The notes under the pieces are model-generated. The model searched no databases, was not told the origin of the DNA, and was given only the letters and a program-made list of their open reading frames with translations. A stretch of DNA of 64,000 nt from Microbotryum violaceum (taxonomy: Eukaryota), in NCBI GenBank assembly GCA_001244265.2, contig CDLV01000010.1:1054001-1118000 (forward strand), written 5' to 3'. Positions 1 to 13,100 of the stretch are shown in pieces; positions within the stretch are counted from its first letter, which is position 1, and every line of letters begins with the position of its first letter. Both the position numbers and the translations under genes were made by a program.

Positions 1-3000
1 TCGGCAATGTCTTTGGCCCCGATGCCGATCAGGTCATGCTCTACAACGATGTGGCCAAGCCCATTCTCGATCAAGTCTTGCAGGGCTACAACTGCACCAT
101 GTTTGCTTATGGCCAAACGGGGACAGGCAAGACGTGAGTGCCGTCGTGAGAATGATTGAGGCCTGGAGACCAATCGGATCGGTCTTCTCTCGCAGGTACA
201 CCATGGAAGGCGATCTCTCCGTTACGAATGGGTACTCGATCTCGCCTCAAGCCGGCATCATCCCGCGCACGCTCTACTCGCTCTTCGCCAAACTGTCCGA
301 GGACCAAGCCGAATTTTCCGTCAAGTGCTCGTTCCTCGAACTGTACAACGAAGAACTGCGCGATCTCAATGCGTTAGACTACACTGATCCTGAAGCGACA
401 ACTCCAAGCACGAATACTGCCAAGACAGCTCCTGCACTGGCGGGATTGAAGATTCAGGAGGACGGTAAGACCGGCGTGGTCGTGCAAGGCTTGGAGGAGA
501 CGATGATCAAGACGGCCGAGGAAGGCATCAAGGTGCTCAAGAGGGGATCCGATAGGCGGCAGGTCGCTGCGACGAAATGCAACGACCGATCGAGGTGCGT
601 CTAACGCGATCTCACAGTTTGATCCACAACAGCTGACATGAAGCCTTCATTCATTGCAGTCGCTCCCATTCCATCTTCACCATCACCATCCACGTGAAGG
701 AGAACTCCGCGCGGACAGGTGGCGAGGATTTGCTCAAAGTTGGCAAGTTGAATCTTGTCGATCTAGCGGGATCGGAAAATGTCGGGCGATCGGGAGCGAC
801 GAACGGTCGCGCGAGGGAGGCCGGCAACATCAACGCGAGTCTGTTGGCTTTGGGACGAGTCATCAACAAGCTCGTGGAGAAGGCCCCAGGGGCCAAGAAC
901 GGTGAAAAGACTCACATCCCGTATCGGTAAGGGAATGTGCAACGCTCTTCACCTTATCAGAAACCTCACTAAGGCTTCGCCACGCCGATGCCCAGGGATT
1001 CCAAGCTCACCCGACTACTTCAAGATTCTCTCGGTGGCCGGACTAAGACGACCATCATCGCCGCCATCTCGCCCGTCAATTTTGACGAAACCATCTCGAC
1101 CCTCGACTATGCCTCGAAAGCGAAATCAATCCAAAACCGACCTGAAGTCAATCAACGCATGTCAAGGAACCTCCTACTGGGCCAATATGCCAGCGAGATC
1201 GAGCGGCTCAAGCAGGACCTCGTCGCTACCCGACAAAAGAATGGGATTTACTTCTCGGCCGAGTCGTGGGAGATCTTGTCGGCCGAACAAGAGGCGGCTA
1301 GGGTTGGATTATCAGAGTCGAGACGAGCGCTCGAGCTGTGCGAGGCGCGAGTTGATGCGGTCAAGGATCAGTATGAGATGAGCTTGAGGTTGGTTGGGAT
1401 GAGGGAAAAGGAGTTGAAGCAGGCTGCCGTCCTTTTGGATGAGGTGAGGGACGAAGTGACGTCGCTGATGGGGCGCCTCGAAGAGCGGACGCGCGAGCTG
1501 GACGAGGCCACATTGCTGGGCGACGCTAGGGAGTGCTCGAGGCAGGGCTGGAGGGACACCGCTCGTGTTGCCGTCAGCCATGTGTCGCTACTTTACGACA
1601 AGGTCGACCGCAAGACCAAAGTCGAGCAGGACAACTTGATCATCGTATCGACAGGGGAAAAGGCGCTGACGACGCGGACCAAGAGCCTCGCCAAGTCCCT
1701 GGCCTCGTTCGCTCACACCCACGACAGTATCGTGCTCCGTGGGAAGAAGCGATTGGCCGACACGATCGAACGTGGTCGACAGGCAACTGCTTCGACGATC
1801 GCTTACGTCGAGCAACAGAGTGTGGCGATGAACGAAAGGGCACAATCTGCGCTCGACCTAATGGGCCGACTGGAAACGAGAGGCGAATACTTTGCGAGCG
1901 CCGTCGAGACGTCGCGGGAGGAGCTCGCTGCTGCGCTCGTGCAAGCGAATGAAGATCTGGTGGCGACGAACCGAGAAGCAACCGAGCTACAGCGCCGGGT
2001 CGCTATGCTGCGAGCCGAAGTAAGTCGGCGTGTACTGCAAATCCTCATGGGCCAAGTGACTGACCACTCTCCGGCTCGTAGCTCTTGACGGTACAGGAGC
2101 TTGCCAACCCAGTTCGTGCGTTGCAGGCCGACCTGGTGCCGACTTTAAAGAAGGATGCAAACGCCTTGCGATCGGCGCAGGAGGTCGACCGAGCCTACTT
2201 CAACTCGGTCTCGACTCGATCCGCTCACCTGCGACAAACCGAAGCCGCTTACGCAGTCGAGGAGCGGGAGTCGTTCGCACGGGAAACAACCGAGATCGTC
2301 GATGATTTGGCGCAACAACTTTCGGACGTCTTGTCCAGCGCCTACGTCGAGCGCTTCATCACCCCTTTGCAGGATCGCTTGGGTGCGTGGTCGAACCGGC
2401 ACTTCCTGACGCGAGAAGCACAAAGCTCTCGGCTGAAAGAGGGATTGGAAGCACTCGATCTGGACGCGGCCAAGGCGATGGAAGAACGAGCGGGGATTCT
2501 GGACGGCCTCGTGGAGAGCAACGGGCTAGTGTCCAAGCAGGTGGAGCAATGTGCCCGAGCAGCTGAAGTGGCTGCGCAGAAGAGGCAGAAAGTCAGTCCT
2601 CCCTTTTCGCCACTGACCGAGTTGCGGTGCCGTGCATCGACCCAGTTATTGCTTCCTTCAACCTGCAGGAACTCGTCAAGCTTTCTGGCTCGGTCGAACA
2701 GGTCCTTGAGTCGTGTTTGACGGGCGTCCATGCCCAAGGCGAGGAACAGATTGGTACACTTCGTCTTACGAATGAGCGACTGGCAACCGCTTCCACCGAG
2801 CGTGAGTGCCTCTCGTCCCCAACTTGCTTCAATTATTGCAGTCAAAGCCTGACTCACATCGACAAACTGATTACTAGATCAATCTGGCTCAGCGGATTGC
2901 CAAGCCAACCTGGACAAGGAGCTCACTACGCTCGTGGAGGAAGCTGGCGATAGCTTGATTAAAGTGGCCCAGGCGCACGAGGTCACTCGGGATATGTACT

Positions 3001-3622
3001 CGGAGGAGTTGATGACCGCACGTGAGGATGTGAGTTGCGGGGATCATCGGCATCCGCCAGCGCACCCCACTTGCTAACCACTCGACTCGTGCTTACCCCG
3101 CACCCGCAGCTCAAAGACTTGTCATCATCCGCCACGGAACTTGTCTCCTCTTCGTCTTCGAGCATCACCCAGATGCAGAAAGACGTCAAGACGTATCTCG
3201 CAAGCTCGTACAACCACGATGTTTCGACTGGCGCGACTCCCCTTCGTCGGCAGTGGGCTCAGGAGGCCGTTCCTCAACTCGACGGCACACCATCGCGGGT
3301 TATCGATCGATTGCGACGAGCTCAAGAAGAGGGGACCTTAACAATCCGACCTACACCAGCGTCACCGGTTCGACACCACGAGGTCGAATACGGAGAAGAG
3401 GTCGAAATAGAAGACATGATCGTTGAGGACAATTACCGCGCACCGACACCACCCTCGGTGGAGGAGACGTCCGCCGTCCTCGAAGTGCCTCCGTTATCAC
3501 CGATCAACGTGATCCCTCGAAAACGGAACACGCTGCTGGACGCCAAGATTCACATGCCCCTACAAGTGCTCGAGAGCACGAACCTCAACATGAGGACAAG
3601 CCGATCTCGGCGCCGAGGCTGA
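1..3622 (+). CDS. Kinesin-5 (BimC/Cin8/Eg5 family) mitotic motor, 5' end outside window, multi-exon
   Basis: Spliced translation gives P-loop [69 protein letters not shown], a coiled-coil stalk and a BimC-box-like tail ([11 protein letters not shown]). Stop at 3620-3622. Confidence 0.93.
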
Positions 3623-3963
3623 ATACTAAACGCCGATCAGCGATGGCCCAGATGATTTGTTCGATATACCTACGACTTAGCATCCTAATCTGTACTTTTT
3701 TTCTTTGATTTACATCACGTTGCATTTGCACTTCTATTCATTTTTCTAATCATTCCGGACTGGGCAACGGTCTTACCACTCGAAAAAGGTGATCTCGCTC
3801 GCAGGCGCGCAGGCGTCTACAGAAGGACGTATCCAAGGCGGCTTTCGGGCTCGTCCTCGTGTCACACTCGCCTCGTCCTCGACTTTCGCAACATCTTGCC
3901 GCCGGCCGTCGGTCAATCCTCCGACCGCCAGCACGGCCTCGACTAGGGCACCAAGGGGAAGCA

Positions 3964-5312
3964 ATGGGGAGGATCTCGTCGATTGTGCTGTACCCGGCGT
4001 GGGTGTTGGTGCTGATCGTGCTGCACGTCTGCTTCGCGTTGGGCCGACTGAGGAGGCTACTCCGTCAACTGCCGGCCTTGCTGCGCTCCCAACTGCGGAG
4101 ATCCAACGTTCTACAACAGCTCGAGGACGAAAAGGGAGTTACTCTCAACCTTGAAATGGAGAAGAGGAGATGGAAGAAGATACCCACACATCTTGCGGTG
4201 CTGTTCCATCCCGGAATGCCGGTCGAGTCCGTGTCGAGCTGGCTCTCGTGGTCGGGCAGCACAAGTCGGCAAGCTAGGAGGGCCGAAGTCGAGTTGGCGC
4301 AACTGAGTAGAATGACGGACGAGTTGAGGAAGCTGGTCAGGTGGTGTGATGGGTTGGGGATAGCTCAGTTGAGCGTCTATGACGAGCAAGGCGAGTCGAC
4401 CAGGCCCAAGTACCGGTTCGGCCTCTCGAAGTGGCCTCGGCTAACCTCTCACCTCGTCGCGTTTTGAGCCTTTAGGTGTTCTTGACCGATTTGCCCCAGC
4501 CGTCAAGGCTTCTTTGTCATCCTCTTGCGTCATCATTCCCGAGTCGACCCCGAGCTTAAAGACCAGGCGGCACCCGCCGCTGCACCCTTTTCACCTCGCC
4601 TTCTCGACCCCCATTGCGCTCAAAACGTCGACAGGGAAGAGGGTACGGTTCCAAACGTCTTCCAGTGATGGGGCAGTCACACCGCCGGGGAGAGAGATCG
4701 ATTCCGGCTACGGACTTTCGGACCTAGGTCAGTCGGAGATCCGCCAAGGTCTGAGTCTGCTTGGCAGGAGATCATCCTGACCTCGTTCGAACTCTTGCAA
4801 TTTCATCACAGGCTCGGAGACTCCGACAGCTAAATCCTCTGTCTTGTCTGTCAACCTCCTTTCCCGGAGATCGGGTCGACCCCACTTGGCCTCGATCGCC
4901 CGCCAACTCGCCGAAGGGCAGGATTTGGGTCACTCGATCGAAGAGGCGATCGAAGGTTAGTTCGAAGCAGCCGCTCTGTTATCCTCGTTTTGTCGACGAC
5001 TGATCTTTACTCGCGACTCGAGTTCTCCCTTCTTGCACAGCCGGATCCTTCTCCGAACCAGATCTTCTGCTCGTGCTCGGGGGACCCTATCTTCGACTTC
5101 GGGGTTTCCCACCGTGGCAACTTCGACTGACCGAGATGTAGTACGTGTAGAGGTTGAAGCCCATAATTCCACTTTAATGAGAAGACTAACCGGTTGTGCC
5201 TGGCAGTCATCACCCGTCGCCGGCCTGGCTACCTCCACCCTCCCTCGATTGGCCCATCCTCCGACGCGCGTTGGATGTGTACGGAGGTGCAGAAATGAGG
5301 TTGGGTCGATAG
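3964..5312 (+). CDS. NUS1: Cis-prenyltransferase accessory subunit (Nus1/Nogo-B receptor)
   Basis: N-terminal TM, KKIPTHLAVLF, WCDGLGIAQLSVYDEQG, EPDLLLVLGG..LRGFPPWQLRLTEMY and C-terminal EMRLGR* (RxG motif) after splicing. The first intron (4391-4475) is GC-AG. Confidence 0.88.
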
Positions 5313-5793
5313 AGGACGGCAGTACTTTGTACATCAGTTTTATTTGCATACGTGTGAAATCGCACCGTACTTGGTGGAATACAAAGTTATTCCTAGTCAT
5401 TCAAGCTCTCCTTGAGAGCGCTCACTCAGAGCGAGCCGGACAGCGGTCCAAAGCGTTTCGATTAATCATTAGTGCGCCTATCGGAGATTGATTCGAGCTA
5501 ATCGCACACGAATCGTCGCCTATATTCGGGCGCGCCCGCTGGCGCGATCCGGATTTCGTATGACTAGAGGGGCCAACTGCCGGCTCGCTTCTCCCTCTCG
5601 CTCCTCACCCGTTCGTCGTCTGATCCGCTCGAACGATCGTCGCCCGTCGTCACTGCACGTCCGCCGACCTACACAGATCCACGCCTTGCACTTTCACATC
5701 TGTGTTACCCTGCTCGCTCGTCGTTGTCGCTGGTGTCGTCGATCGCGCCCGTTCCGAACGGCTTACTCAGCTCGTGGCTCGTGACTTGTGACT

Positions 5794-5800
5794 TGAGTCA
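5794..5800. promoter_or_regulatory. Perfect AP-1/GCRE heptamer TGAGTCA upstream of the bZIP gene
   Basis: TGAGTCA (reverse complement of TGACTCA) at 5794-5800, a near-site TTACTCA at 5763-5769, and clustered GTGAC half-site-like words at 5781-5930. Confidence 0.35.
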
Positions 5801-6024
5801 AAGACGCAGCACGCCCCACCCAGTAGCAGCCGCAGCTGTTACTACCGCCTCACCTTTCTGTGACCCGTGACGCTTGACGCTCGTGACCCGTGTGATAGCC
5901 GTAACCCCGTGACCGGTGACCCCGTGTGACAGTCGACGTCATTCAGTTCTCACACCAGACCACGCTGTCGTCGCCACCGTCCCAGTCCACCGAGTCAGTT
6001 GCCGTGCCATCCCGCGAGCCGACG

Positions 6025-7644
6025 ATGAAGCGCGATCATACTGTGACACTGACAACAAGCCAAGCGCTCCCGCTCTCGCTGCCGGCGCTGCCTTCGCTCA
6101 GTCCACCCAAGTTCGCCCCCGCGCATTCGGCTATATTGTCGCACCCGCAGGCCAGCTCGCACGCGCACCTTAATGGCCTTCGCCGCTCGTCCAACAATGG
6201 GTCATCGTCCGACCGCGGAGACACCCCCTCGCTCTCGCCGCCGAGCGAAACCGACGAGTCAACCGTGATCTTGAACCACGACGGCATGGATGCCATGACC
6301 ATGCCCCAATTGACCTCATCGCTCAAGCACGACCTCAACATTGATCATCATCATCACCAGCACCACAACTTACTCTATGGCATCGACCAACATCGAGCCT
6401 CACCGTTCGTGTCGACGTCCCCTTACCTCCACGACGACCTCGAAGCGCTTACTCAGCGCCCGGCCGCGCCCCGCGCCCCTGCGCTCGACTCGGCCTCCAC
6501 CTGCGGCAGTTCGGCGTTCGATTCAGGTCAGTTCGATTGCTATGGCGCGCTTGCCGGTATCGCACTACCCAGGCTAGACAAGGACGCTGACTCTGCGCCG
6601 TCTCCCTTCATGCTCTCAGCCCCCCCTTTTGACCTGTCCGACTACATCCACTCGGACTCCAAGGCAAGCCTCGAATTCGCGAGCATGCCACCTATGCACG
6701 ATTTTGATCTCTTCCACAACATGAGCTCGGTACCGGTCTCGCAACCCCATTACTTTAAAGGCCAAGTCGGCGCGCACAATCACGCTTCCTCGCCGTTCGC
6801 CCGTCATGCCGAGCTAGACCAGTCGCTGCAGAGCCCGCTCGGCATGTCACCCCTCGACTCGCCCTCCGAATATATGTCGCCCTACTTTGCCTCTCCGCAC
6901 GATACCCAACCAATCGCCAGTCCTTCCATGCCGGCCGATGTGCTCTTCTCACCCATCATCGACCCTCGCAGCACCGCCTTCCCACCCGCCTCCCAGAGTC
7001 CCATCGCCCCAATCGTTCCTCTTCCCGTGGAGCCAACGGCATCGCCTACGGTCGACGACTCGATTGCGTCCTCGGTCAAGCACGAGAAGCGGGCAGCTCG
7101 TCGCATCAAGATCGAGGCTAATGCGGATCCAGACGCGCTATTGGAGGACGAAGAGGACGAGTACGTGCCGACGATGCGATCCACCAGACGTGCGGTCAAC
7201 CCGCGCAAGCGCAAGGCTTCGGGCACCGCCGTCACCGCCGCTTCCCCAAGTGCAGCCGCTTTGCCCGAGCCAACGGTACGCGAAGGCCGGAGGGCCAAAA
7301 CGGATCTTCTTCGCCACGACGAGCCGATCCAGAAGCGCAACTACGTCGGCGCATCGCGAACGAGTCGCAAGGTCTTGCCCAGAGCAATTGCGCGCAGTCT
7401 ACCCCGCAACCTCCTTAACGCCGTGCATCCTGACGCGAACGAACTGCCCGCCGACGTCGCAGATGCCGTGGACAAGCGTCGCGAACAAAACACCCGCGCC
7501 GCGAGGGAGTCGAGGATGAGGAAAGCCCAGGCCCAGGCTGCTCTAGAGCAAGAGCTCGTCGATCTGCGTCAGCGCGTCATTGATCTCGAGACTCGCCTCG
7601 CTCGCTACGAGGGCCCGACCAAGACGAAAAGGACCAAGCTTTGA
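6025..7644 (+). CDS. bZIP transcription factor, Gcn4/CpcA-like, intronless
   Basis: C-terminal basic region and zipper KRREQNTRAARESRMRKAQAQAALEQELVDLRQRVIDLETRL resembles Gcn4 (KRARNTEAARRSRARK). It follows a long Ser/Pro/acidic region. First ATG is at 6025 (ORF track opens at GTG 5926). Confidence 0.8.
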   Translation: MKRDHTVTLTTSQALPLSLPALPSLSPPKFAPAHSAILSHPQASSHAHLNGLRRSSNNGSSSDRGDTPSLSPPSETDESTVILNHDGMDAMTMPQLTSSLKHDLNIDHHHHQHHNLLYGIDQHRASPFVSTSPYLHDDLEALTQRPAAPRAPALDSASTCGSSAFDSGQFDCYGALAGIALPRLDKDADSAPSPFMLSAPPFDLSDYIHSDSKASLEFASMPPMHDFDLFHNMSSVPVSQPHYFKGQVGAHNHASSPFARHAELDQSLQSPLGMSPLDSPSEYMSPYFASPHDTQPIASPSMPADVLFSPIIDPRSTAFPPASQSPIAPIVPLPVEPTASPTVDDSIASSVKHEKRAARRIKIEANADPDALLEDEEDEYVPTMRSTRRAVNPRKRKASGTAVTAASPSAAALPEPTVREGRRAKTDLLRHDEPIQKRNYVGASRTSRKVLPRAIARSLPRNLLNAVHPDANELPADVADAVDKRREQNTRAARESRMRKAQAQAALEQELVDLRQRVIDLETRLARYEGPTKTKRTKL

Positions 7645-8379
7645 ACGTCTATCGGCTCTGATCGCTTCCCTGACTCCGGAATCGGACCGACGTCACCGAC
7701 CACCCCCACCGTTCGAACTTCACCATCTCACGCCGGCGCGCATCACCCGTGGGACGGCCGCTCGATTGATATCACCAACTGGCTTACACAACGTATAACC
7801 TCGAATTGTCAAGGACTTCATCAATCGAAAGTGCATTTCTACCACCCAACAGAACAATCTGTCCTTCGCTCCCGCTCTTCATTCGTGTATTGTACACCAC
7901 GCGTCAAAAAAAAAACTTGAGGAGCGGGACGGAGATCACAGCGGCGGTGCTTTGGAAGCCTCGAGTCGTGTTCCGACTTTCGAATTTCGACGGCCCGGTC
8001 CTGAGTTCACAACGAAAAAAAGGAAAGGACTCAAGCAACCATGCGGTTCTTACGGAAGTCGTCCATGTAGATTATGTTTATGTCTGAGCGCTTGTCTTGA
8101 GGGTCTGTTGATGTGTATAGGGCGCTTTTCGTTGTGAACCAGAAAACTCGAGAAGAAAAGATGGGGCCTCGTAGCGCGTAGATTACCTCTTACTTTTTCT
8201 TTTTGGAACAAATAGAAGACCTGATTCTGTTCATGTTCTCAAATGGCTTCAGCTTGTCATCGTGAGAGTGATTGAGAGGAAGAAGTCGTCTTGCTCTCGG
8301 AGGAAGGCCACAGCCCGCGCGATGGGAGAAGTGCTGCATTACACATCGAAAATACAACAACCAAGTGCGCTATTGTCAA

Positions 8380-10549
8380 TCAGGACCTACGAAATTTACT
8401 CCTCTTTCTCGAAGCCCACTTATCACCCCATCTCAACGCCGGTTCGTTCGCCCCATGTGGATTGCGATCCCTCGCGAAACCACCCAAACTCGATCCCGTT
8501 CCTGCTCCTCGCCAGCCTAGGCCGACCCTCCTCATGCGTCGCAGGGTCTTGAGGCCTAGGTAGGTGACGCCGACGGCAAGGATCATAGCGCCTACGGTGA
8601 CGATGGGGAACGCGTAGGCGTGTTCTTCGAGACGGGATTGTAACTGGTTGTGATGGAGCGGAAAGGGGCGGTGTCAGTGACGGGGTCATCACCAGCTAAC
8701 CCCTGACAAGGCTCGTTCGGCTCACGTTCATGCCGAACAGACCGGCGACGAGAGCACCCGACGTGAGACCAAGGGTGGCGATGGAGACTCGAAGGTCCAG
8801 GCCAAGTAGAGAGTTGCGGTTCGAGTCGAGGATAAGTTCGATGATGTCTTCGGTACTCCGCACGTTGGCCTAATCAAAGCACAGGGCAGATATCAGGCGT
8901 CACTCTTGCGTGAGACGGAATCACGGAAGTGGGAACATACAGAAAGTATCTCGACCTCGGAGACGATTTCTTCGCATTGCTTGCTGAAGCTCTCGAGCAA
9001 AAGCTCCACCTCTTCGTGGTCGTTCGAGAGGCGGGAGTTGTCGCGTAGCTTCTCCGTCAAGTACATGGCCGCGAGATCATCATCTGGATTGCGGACAAAG
9101 AGGCTTCAGTTAGCTTGTTTTTCCAAATGTACGTGTAGTAAGAAGGCCGTCGGACCATTTTCGAGCACCTCGTCCAAACATTGCATGACCAAAGTCGCCC
9201 TCTTCTCAAAGTCGGCCAATTTCCGGGAGTATTGCAAGAGTAATCTTAGATTATCGCGATCTTAAATTATGCGAATTGTGCAATCATCAGCTTTTGTCCA
9301 TCTATAGTCTCGATCCAGTATCCAGTATCATGCCTCACCAATGTGTTCCTCAAGGGCCTGCAACAGCTCTTGAACCAGCGCTCGGATATTATCGAGCTCG
9401 GTATCGAGCGCGGTCGTGACAGAGATGAGGCACGTCTCGAGAGCACGGAATTCGTAAGGCAGGGCAGAATGATGACCCGTCCCCGGCCCTGCTTTGGATG
9501 GGTTCTTCAATGCGTATTCCAGGTCCCAGACGAAGACGGATTTGAGATGGCTGTCCTCGCTGAGAGGCTCAAAGGAAAAACTCGGCTCAGTTCCGTGCAA
9601 TCGGTATAGGATGTGGAGTGCCAAAGAATGCTCACGTTCCGACCGAGTCGAACAGGGTGACCTCCTTGGCTGTGATTACGACACGTAGGTGAAGAATCGT
9701 CAAGAGGATGGCTGATCTCCTCACGAGGATGGTCGGCACCACCGTCGGCACTGGTACGAAAGCGTACAAACCAATTAGACCGAGGCTCTCACGTGACCCT
9801 GTCAAATAAGCGAGTGCTCACCGCCCGAGTCGAGTTTCCTCAGATCGCGAGGAGGGATCCCGTATCTTGAGCATAGCTGTAATTTATCGTATTCTCCCGC
9901 GGTTGTCGTGACCACGCCTGCACGATCGATCCGCTCTCAAAGTCAGCATCTTCTCTTCGCCGAGCTTGAAACGATCTCCTCATTCCTCATATCCGGACTA
10001 ACCATTTTCGTCCAAGGTTGTACACCTCACATCCAAGGCTGTCGTACTGCCCCTTGAGAAACTCTTTCCCGACTCCCTCCTCATCCTCCTCCTCAACAGT
10101 ATCTTCTCCATCTCGCGTTCCTTCAGCGCGCCGACCGGATCCTCGTCCGAGGGATGATGGGGAGGGGCAGTGGATGATGGACCTCGACCCCACGAGAAGA
10201 GCGACGACTTGGCAGCTTGCTTTTCTAGTTTCTTGACTTCGTAGGCTGGGGTCGAGTGCGGTTGGGGTGGCGGTCGATGCAGATAAGAGGGTAGGGAGGA
10301 CGACGATCGAGTCCAGGATCGGGGAACGGGTGGACCATAGTGATCACGAGGCGACGGTCCAGTCATGCCTCCCGTGGTGAGCCTTCTTCTTGCGTTGTCC
10401 CGTAAGAAGATCGAGGAAAAGTAACTCTTCGAGACGGGCGCAACCATGGATGACGATGTCGTGGTCGTTGCACTGAAACCGCACGTGCATGATCGCTGCG
10501 AAACGCTAGCCAGCAGACCACGACTCGCGGACATCCTCCGAGCTTGCAT
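8380..10549 (-). CDS. Mitochondrial CorA-family Mg2+ transporter (Mrs2/Lpe10), multi-exon
   Basis: Arg/Ser-rich presequence, LDVRCTTLDENG, IPPRDLRKLDS, LPYEFRALETCL, EVELLLESFSKQCEEIV, IIELILDSNRNSLLGLDL..GALVAGLFGMN (GMN signature). Start codon uncertain (10549 or 10534). Confidence 0.9.
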
Positions 10550-11137
10550 GCTGGACGGCCGAATGCGTTTCACGAACAGCTCCTTCCGATCTCGAGCTGC
10601 CTTGAGGTTGGTTTGTCGTAGGTCTTTACAGCCCAAGGGATGTGCGCGAGTCCGTGAGAGCCTTATTGAGACAGGCGCGAAGCTTGACAGCGAGCAGAAC
10701 GACGGAGCTTTCTCCGCCGGAGCGACAGGCATCGACGTCACGCTCTGGCGCCTTCGAATTCGCTTCTCCTCCCGTCGTCCCGTTCGATCGGCTTCGGCTT
10801 GCAAATCCCGAGACCGTCCTTGCACAGACCTTGGATTATTCAAATTGACGACATGGTCTTTTTCTTTCTTTGTTTATTGAAGGTTTACCAGAAATGCATA
10901 GGATGAATGGTCAAAATGTAGTCAAGAGCCCAGGCTCGGATACAGGATGTGCTCGACAAACTTCTGAATCACCGAACACCCCTAAAACTGACTACAACTT
11001 ATATGTATGGGGAATCTACATCTTTAACGCGTGTTCGCGAGAGCTGGTATCCCTTATCCAATTGACCTCTATATCGATTCGATCAACCTCAAGACGAGTG
11101 GTACAGGTACCAGCCCTCGAGACCCCTCGATTCTCGA

Positions 11138-12696
11138 TTATGGACCGCTTTTCAAGCACGCCGCGGTGACGCAGGCGCTGCCTTGCTTTTTGAGGACGAA
11201 TGTACTCGTGCATTTGGCGACTTGGCAAGTGCCGTTGACGGGACTTCCGTACGAGCTGTTTGGTTAGGCAGCGGGTCCGCATTAGCGTCAGCAGTGTCAG
11301 GAATAAGCTTCACTGCAGTTGCTTCGTGTCCAAGTGCCAAGGGGACAAAACTCACCAGGACGTGGCCTTGGTCCACAAGCAAGTCGTCGCATTGGCGAAG
11401 AGGTCGGTGCAATTCTTGCATCCGTCGTAGGTCGGTTGCTTTAGTCCCTGGTTGTCCCCGCATGTAGGGAAGGGAAGGCGCGTGAAGCCTGTTACCGAGC
11501 AGAAGGTATACGATACCAAGGAGGGAGGTCAGGGTTGAGCTTATGGAGCAGGAAGTCGGATGAACGACGATAGAACACGCATTGGTCGTGTTCTGGTAGG
11601 ATCCGGTGGAACAGTAAGCCGAGCGACGACCTTGGTAAAGGTAGAGGGGCGCGCTACGTAAAGCAAAATAAATCGATCAGCTTCAGCATTGGTCCGCTGG
11701 TCCGGAGCTGTCCGAGCACAACTCCTGACTCACCAATGCGTGGCGACCGTGGCGTTGCAACTGGCCGCATTAGCATCGACACTCTTACAGCTCTTGCAGA
11801 CGTTGTCTAAGAAGGGCAAGGCCCACGATTCGACCCCGTCAGTCTCCGGCCACACTTCTTCCTTCCGCCATCGAGGCCAACGCTCGGAAACTTACACTTG
11901 TTGCGGAATTGCGAAGCCTTGCACCGCGGGAGGCAAGACGACGAGTTGGACGCTCCGACCGTTCGGGTGTTGTTGACAATTTACCATTTCCGTTATTTTG
12001 TAGAAAGCGAAAACCTGGAAGCGAAGAGAATCTTTATTCGTCGGTTTGTGAAGCTTTGCCTTCGCAGGCCCCAGGCTAGACTGTGCTTGTCACAAACCGC
12101 GCACCTCGAAGGAAGCACCTTTCTGAACCATCAAATTGTATTTGATCGACTCACCATCATCCCTTGACGTGAACGACTGACATGGACTAAGTTTGCTGAT
12201 CTCGGCCAATTTAACGGTGCGCGTGCGGAGCTTGGACGAGACCAGGGCCGGATCGACGAGGAGGACGGTCAGAGCTGGGGCCTTCTTCTTCGATTTGTCG
12301 AGACGAAACGTGAGTTTGAGGGGGCTACATTGGCTGACGTTCTGAGGGACTGGAAGGGGTTGTTTTTGTTTTAGTGGTGATTCGCCCGCACATTTCTGTC
12401 GCTTCCAGGAGAAGGGTTTTCATATCCCGTTCCCGGCGATTTGCCACGTTTGAGGTCGGCAACGTAGGTAAATATAACAAAGGGTACTCACGAGTCGTGA
12501 CAATCTTGAAAGAAACCGATGAGACCGGTGCCCGCTTGGCAAGTCGATGTCCGCTTCTCTGGAAGATCGATTCCTCGACGTCATGCCCCGAGACTTGGGC
12601 GGCGAGTACGAGCAAGACGGCGGCGGAGAGCAGATATACCCCTGTCGAACGAGTTGGGAAAGTGTGCAAGCGGAAGGCATACTTGGTGATTCGCAC
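11138..12696 (-). pseudogene. Secreted cysteine-repeat protein gene, multi-exon, possibly degenerate
   Basis: Signal-peptide-like YLLSAAVLLVLAAQVSG followed by a KR site. Spliced exons give CLPRCKASQFRNK, NVCKSCKSVDANAASCNATVATHC, YLYQGRRSAYCSTGSYQN, CKNCTDLFANATTCLWTKATSC and GTCQVAKCTSTFVLKKQGSACVTAACLKSGP*. There is no in-frame ATG (GTG at 12696) and exon1/exon2 phases do not match. Confidence 0.5.
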
Positions 12697-13100
12697 TGAG
12701 CGTTTTGGGTAGAAAAGCGAGGAAGAGGAAGCGGCTGGATTAAAGTGCAGCAAGTTGGAGCAGAAGCTTGGTATCGCACCCGCCCCACCGTCCAGACCGT
12801 TGCGGATGGGTGGGCTCGGAGAATGGGGGTAAATTGCTCTCTGACGACACCGAGACGCGTAAAGGTGACGCGCGTTGACGCGTTGACGCCGAGTGACCGT
12901 CGCGATCTTCCGTCCCGACACATTAGGCACGGTCTTAGGGTAACAACACTTGTATTTTTATTGCACTGAATGAAACCTTCTGGGTGATCTAAAAGCCTTT
13001 AGGGGTAAGCGTGCATCACCAGCCCTTGCTTACAAATGGCGCCGCACAATCTTCGAAATCGTAACTCGGCGCCCGACACGGGAGGAGTCGCGTGCGCGTT

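Noticed and set aside
5860-5926. Long non-AUG N-terminal extension of the bZIP protein as in Neurospora cpc-1
   Set aside because: Multiple in-frame stops at 5884-5919 limit any extension to 33 codons.
12934-13010. Telomere-like TTAGGG words
   Set aside because: Isolated single copies, expected by chance.
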